A DNA stretch of 63,798 nt, counting the filler, from Lenisia limosa (lineage: Eukaryota; Protista; Breviatea): the NCBI GenBank assembly GCA_001655205.1. It is 12 parts of 12 records of this genome, joined end to end, with 100 filler letters (N's around TTAATTAATTAA, not from the genome) between each part and the next. Parts side by side here need not be neighbours in the genome. Positions count along the whole stretch, not along the records: positions 53,597 to 62,653 come from LPNZ01007097.1; positions 62,754 to 63,798 come from LPNZ01006736.1; 10 more parts are not named here. One strand, written 5' to 3'. The position numbers were made by a program, and so were the translations under genes. Shown one piece after another: positions 61,005-63,798 of the stretch. The notes below the pieces were generated by a model, which was not told the DNA's origin, did not search any database, and worked only from the letters and a program-made list of their open reading frames with translations. Every line of letters begins with the position of its first letter. Positions within the stretch are counted from its first letter, which is position 1.

Positions 61005-62640
61005 TCAAGAAGAGGTTTCAGTGTTTTCAGCAGCCACAATCATGGCAATGCTTTCGGGGAGATTGAGGGGCACCCCGAGTTCTTTGGCACGAGCCTGAAG
61101 CCTAAAGGGTAAAACACGATCTATGATCAAGAGGGTTTCAAATTAAACTATCTATTGTGCTGAAGTAGTCATAATCATGATCTCAATCCCCCTGGCCCAG
61201 CATACATCACAACATTGTTGTCGAGCTCGAGTTTTGTTGCCCGAGCCGCCTCGAACATGGCACTCGCCTCCGTCTTGGCGCACTCCGCTTCCTAGGGCAT
61301 AAGTAGGCTTCAATGCGAAAAAAACAAACACAATAGATCGTAAGAATTATTCAATTTACCCATCATTAGGCCAATCAATTCTGTTCCCTAATTATTTTAA
61401 AAAACACCAAAGATTCACTTTGTCATTGGATAGGATATTTCTATTTTGACAGAAGGGAAATATTGATATGAGAAGAAATATCATTTTATAGTTATTGCTC
61501 CATAATGAAGCTCCAGAAGAACGTTNNNNNNNNNNNNNNNNNNNNNNNNNNNNNNNNNNNNNNNNNNNNNNNNNNNNNNNNNNNNNNNNNNNNNNTAAAG
61601 GGTCAATTTCAAAACAGGCAGTAGCCAAAGCTAATGGCAACCCATCCGAGCTCAACATAGGCGAAACACACGAGCTAAACATAGACCCACCAGAAATATT
61701 CGGATACATGCTGATAGTTACCTTGTCAATAGCATATTATGTATCAATCAACACCATTCCTTCAAAGAAAGAGTGGACCACCACCCATACAGCAATAATT
61801 GCACGGAGCCCAGCATATTATGTATTAATCAAACACATTCCTTCAACCCCCCCCCCCCCNNNNNNNNNNNNNNNNNNNNNNNNNNNNNNNNNNNNNNNNN
61901 NNNNNNNNNNNNNNNNNNNNNNNNNNNNNNNNNNNNNNNNNNNNNNNNNNNNNNNNNNNNNNNNNNNNNNNNNNNNNNTCCTTAAAAAGAAAAATATTCT
62001 CTGAGTAAAAGTTTTGTTAGCCCTATTCCAACCTACACCCTACCTCGGCAATCATTTTATCCTTCATTTTGCCCATTTCGGCACGAAGCTTAACCGACTC
62101 CACCTGAGACAATAAGATTGGGACTAAAGAACAGAAAGCTTCAAAGGAGCAAACTTTGTCAGGGCCAGAAGAAAAAAGAAAAAAAAGACCAAAATAGCTG
62201 AGATTAAACAAGGGTGGAGGAAAGGGTTGAAATGCTTGTTTCACCTCCACAAACCAAAAGCTTCTTGGTAGCAGCCTTATTTCTGAGACACTTTTCACGG
62301 AGAGCGTTTACTTCAACATCGTATTCAGCCTCGCGTGGGGGAGGAAGGGCTCCTACACACATTGTCACAAAAACAAAAAGACTGTGTTTTGACCAATAGA
62401 TTTCCATTTAGGCAGAACAACATTCACAACTACAATAAACAACTGAAAGCTGGGATTGAACCACTCACCAAGATGCTTGTTCTCAGACGGCAATATGGCA
62501 ACTCGGGGTTTGGAGGGATCCTGAAATGTCAAAAAAAACACTCCACCCAAAGAAAGTGTACTAATTGCCTCATTTTAGGGACAACTATCATCAAAATCTT
62601 CCCTCCAACATTTGCAGCAGCAATTCGAGCAGGCCTGGAG
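61005..62640 (-). CDS. Coiled-coil protein fragment, 5' truncated
   Basis: Exons with REAEYDVEVNALREKC, VESVKLRAEMGKMKDKMIAE, EAECAKTEASAMFEAARATKLELD and final LQARAKELG...TETSS*. Confidence 0.55.
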
Positions 62641-62753
62641 AAATAAGAATGAGNNNNNNNNNNNNNNNNNNNNNNNNNNNNNNNNNNNNNNNNNNNNTTA
62701 ATTAATTAANNNNNNNNNNNNNNNNNNNNNNNNNNNNNNNNNNNNNNNNNNNN

Positions 62754-63520
62754 GTCTACTTCCGTAAGGACTTGATTGAGCGGAAGAAGTGGAAGCCTCT
62801 CTGGCGCGAAATCATCATGAAGGCTTGTCCTAAGCTTAACACTATCAAAGTTTGGGAGGTTGTGAAAAAGAGTGAAATCCTTGTAACTCCTCGACAAAAC
62901 TCTCGATATTTTACCAGTCTTTTTGTGACAGCACAGTCTCACTAGGTCTTCACTCCAGTTCGAAAAAAGACTGAATGTGTCGATAAATCCTCGAAAACTA
63001 TGGATACTTTCCCGAGTATTTTCGAACCGAAGTGAAGCCCATATTTCACACAAAATCTTTGAAATACTCCAAAAAATCTAATGATTAAGTATGTTAATGG
63101 GGACACCCTTAGGACTTCACTTCAACCAAGAAAATAACTGCTTTACTCGATAAACAGCAATATATGTATTATATATGTAGCTATACCATATAGGTAGATA
63201 GATAGGTAGATAGATACAGTGACCGGGAAGTCTTGATCGATTTTCCTTGGAGCCTTACAAAATATCCCTGGAATACTCTAAAATATATATATGATATATA
63301 TATATGATATATACAAAAAAATCCCTGGAGTACTCAATAAAATCTAGATGTAGTATAACATAGTGTATCTTAACCATCAAAACCATTGGAGGATTATGGT
63401 CATAATAGATCTTTCAATGTAACGTTCCGCCCTAATTCCCATTAGCCCCTCGTGGATGACCTCGTTGAAAACGTGCACGACGTCTCACTGAACCTTCAAG
63501 TCGGAGAATCCCTGGAAGTA
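62754..63520 (+). CDS. Hypothetical gene fragment
   Basis: Exons ~62754-62849 (VYFRKDLIERKKWKPLWREIIMKACPKLNTIK) and ~63448-63519 (PLVDDLVENVHDVSLNLQVGESLE) with GT/AG flanks. Confidence 0.45.
62850..63165. mobile_element. Cluster of three MITE A copies (62850-62935, 62943-63041, 63110-63165)
   Basis: The middle copy is near full length (...GAACCGAAGTGAAGCCCA). Confidence 0.8.
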
Positions 63521-63798
63521 GGCGTACAAAATAAATAATGTTCCATCGAATTGATGACTGAGGTCAAATCAGTTTTGGGATGAAATTTTTACTGTTTCTC
63601 CAAGTTTTATATTTCATCCGCCACCAAAGCATATTTATAATATCATTTCACTCTTTGACAACTAATTTTATATCACCCAAATTCTCTACTATTTTTAAAT
63701 CTATCACCCAATGTCTCTTCACTCCCTCGATTTTAATGTATATTATTTCTCTTGTTAAAAAAACAATTAAATACCACGTATACCGATCCCCCCCCCCC

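Noticed and set aside
1556-63053. Numerous ORF-track entries containing X runs or spanning MITEs
   Set aside because: They are open only because N gaps hide stop codons, or they translate repeat sequence; they have no protein motifs.

Overview
Intron-rich eukaryotic draft DNA, protist-like; the species cannot be determined from the sequence. It is not one locus: 11 artificial 100-nt spacers (44N-TTAATTAATTAA-44N) join 12 contigs, and further N gaps mostly abut long G or C runs. The standard genetic code and mostly GT-AG introns fit the data, so the supplied ORF track misses most genes. About 20 spliced genes or gene fragments were modelled by eye, and their coordinates are approximate. The better-supported ones are casein kinase 1, a secreted tandem C1q-like protein, NAP1 (ending CKQQ), an EGF + CxxCxGxG + His-tail protein, an ankyrin protein, a talin-like FERM F0/F1 protein, a giant E/K/R single-alpha-helix protein, NUFIP1, an SDP1/TGL-type patatin lipase, a multi-TM receptor with a degenerate class III cyclase domain, a receiver-domain protein, a PHD-finger protein and a furin-repeat membrane protein. 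Repeats include a decayed Penelope-like retroelement, over 30 copies of a ~100-bp TA-flanked hairpin MITE, two more MITE families, three unclassified dispersed repeats and minisatellites. No rRNA, tRNA or CRISPR array was recognised. The most interesting signals are two repeat families that lie almost always in the host-gene sense orientation and make up or abut intron ends, two probable pseudo-enzymes, and the EGF-zinc finger-His-tail architecture.
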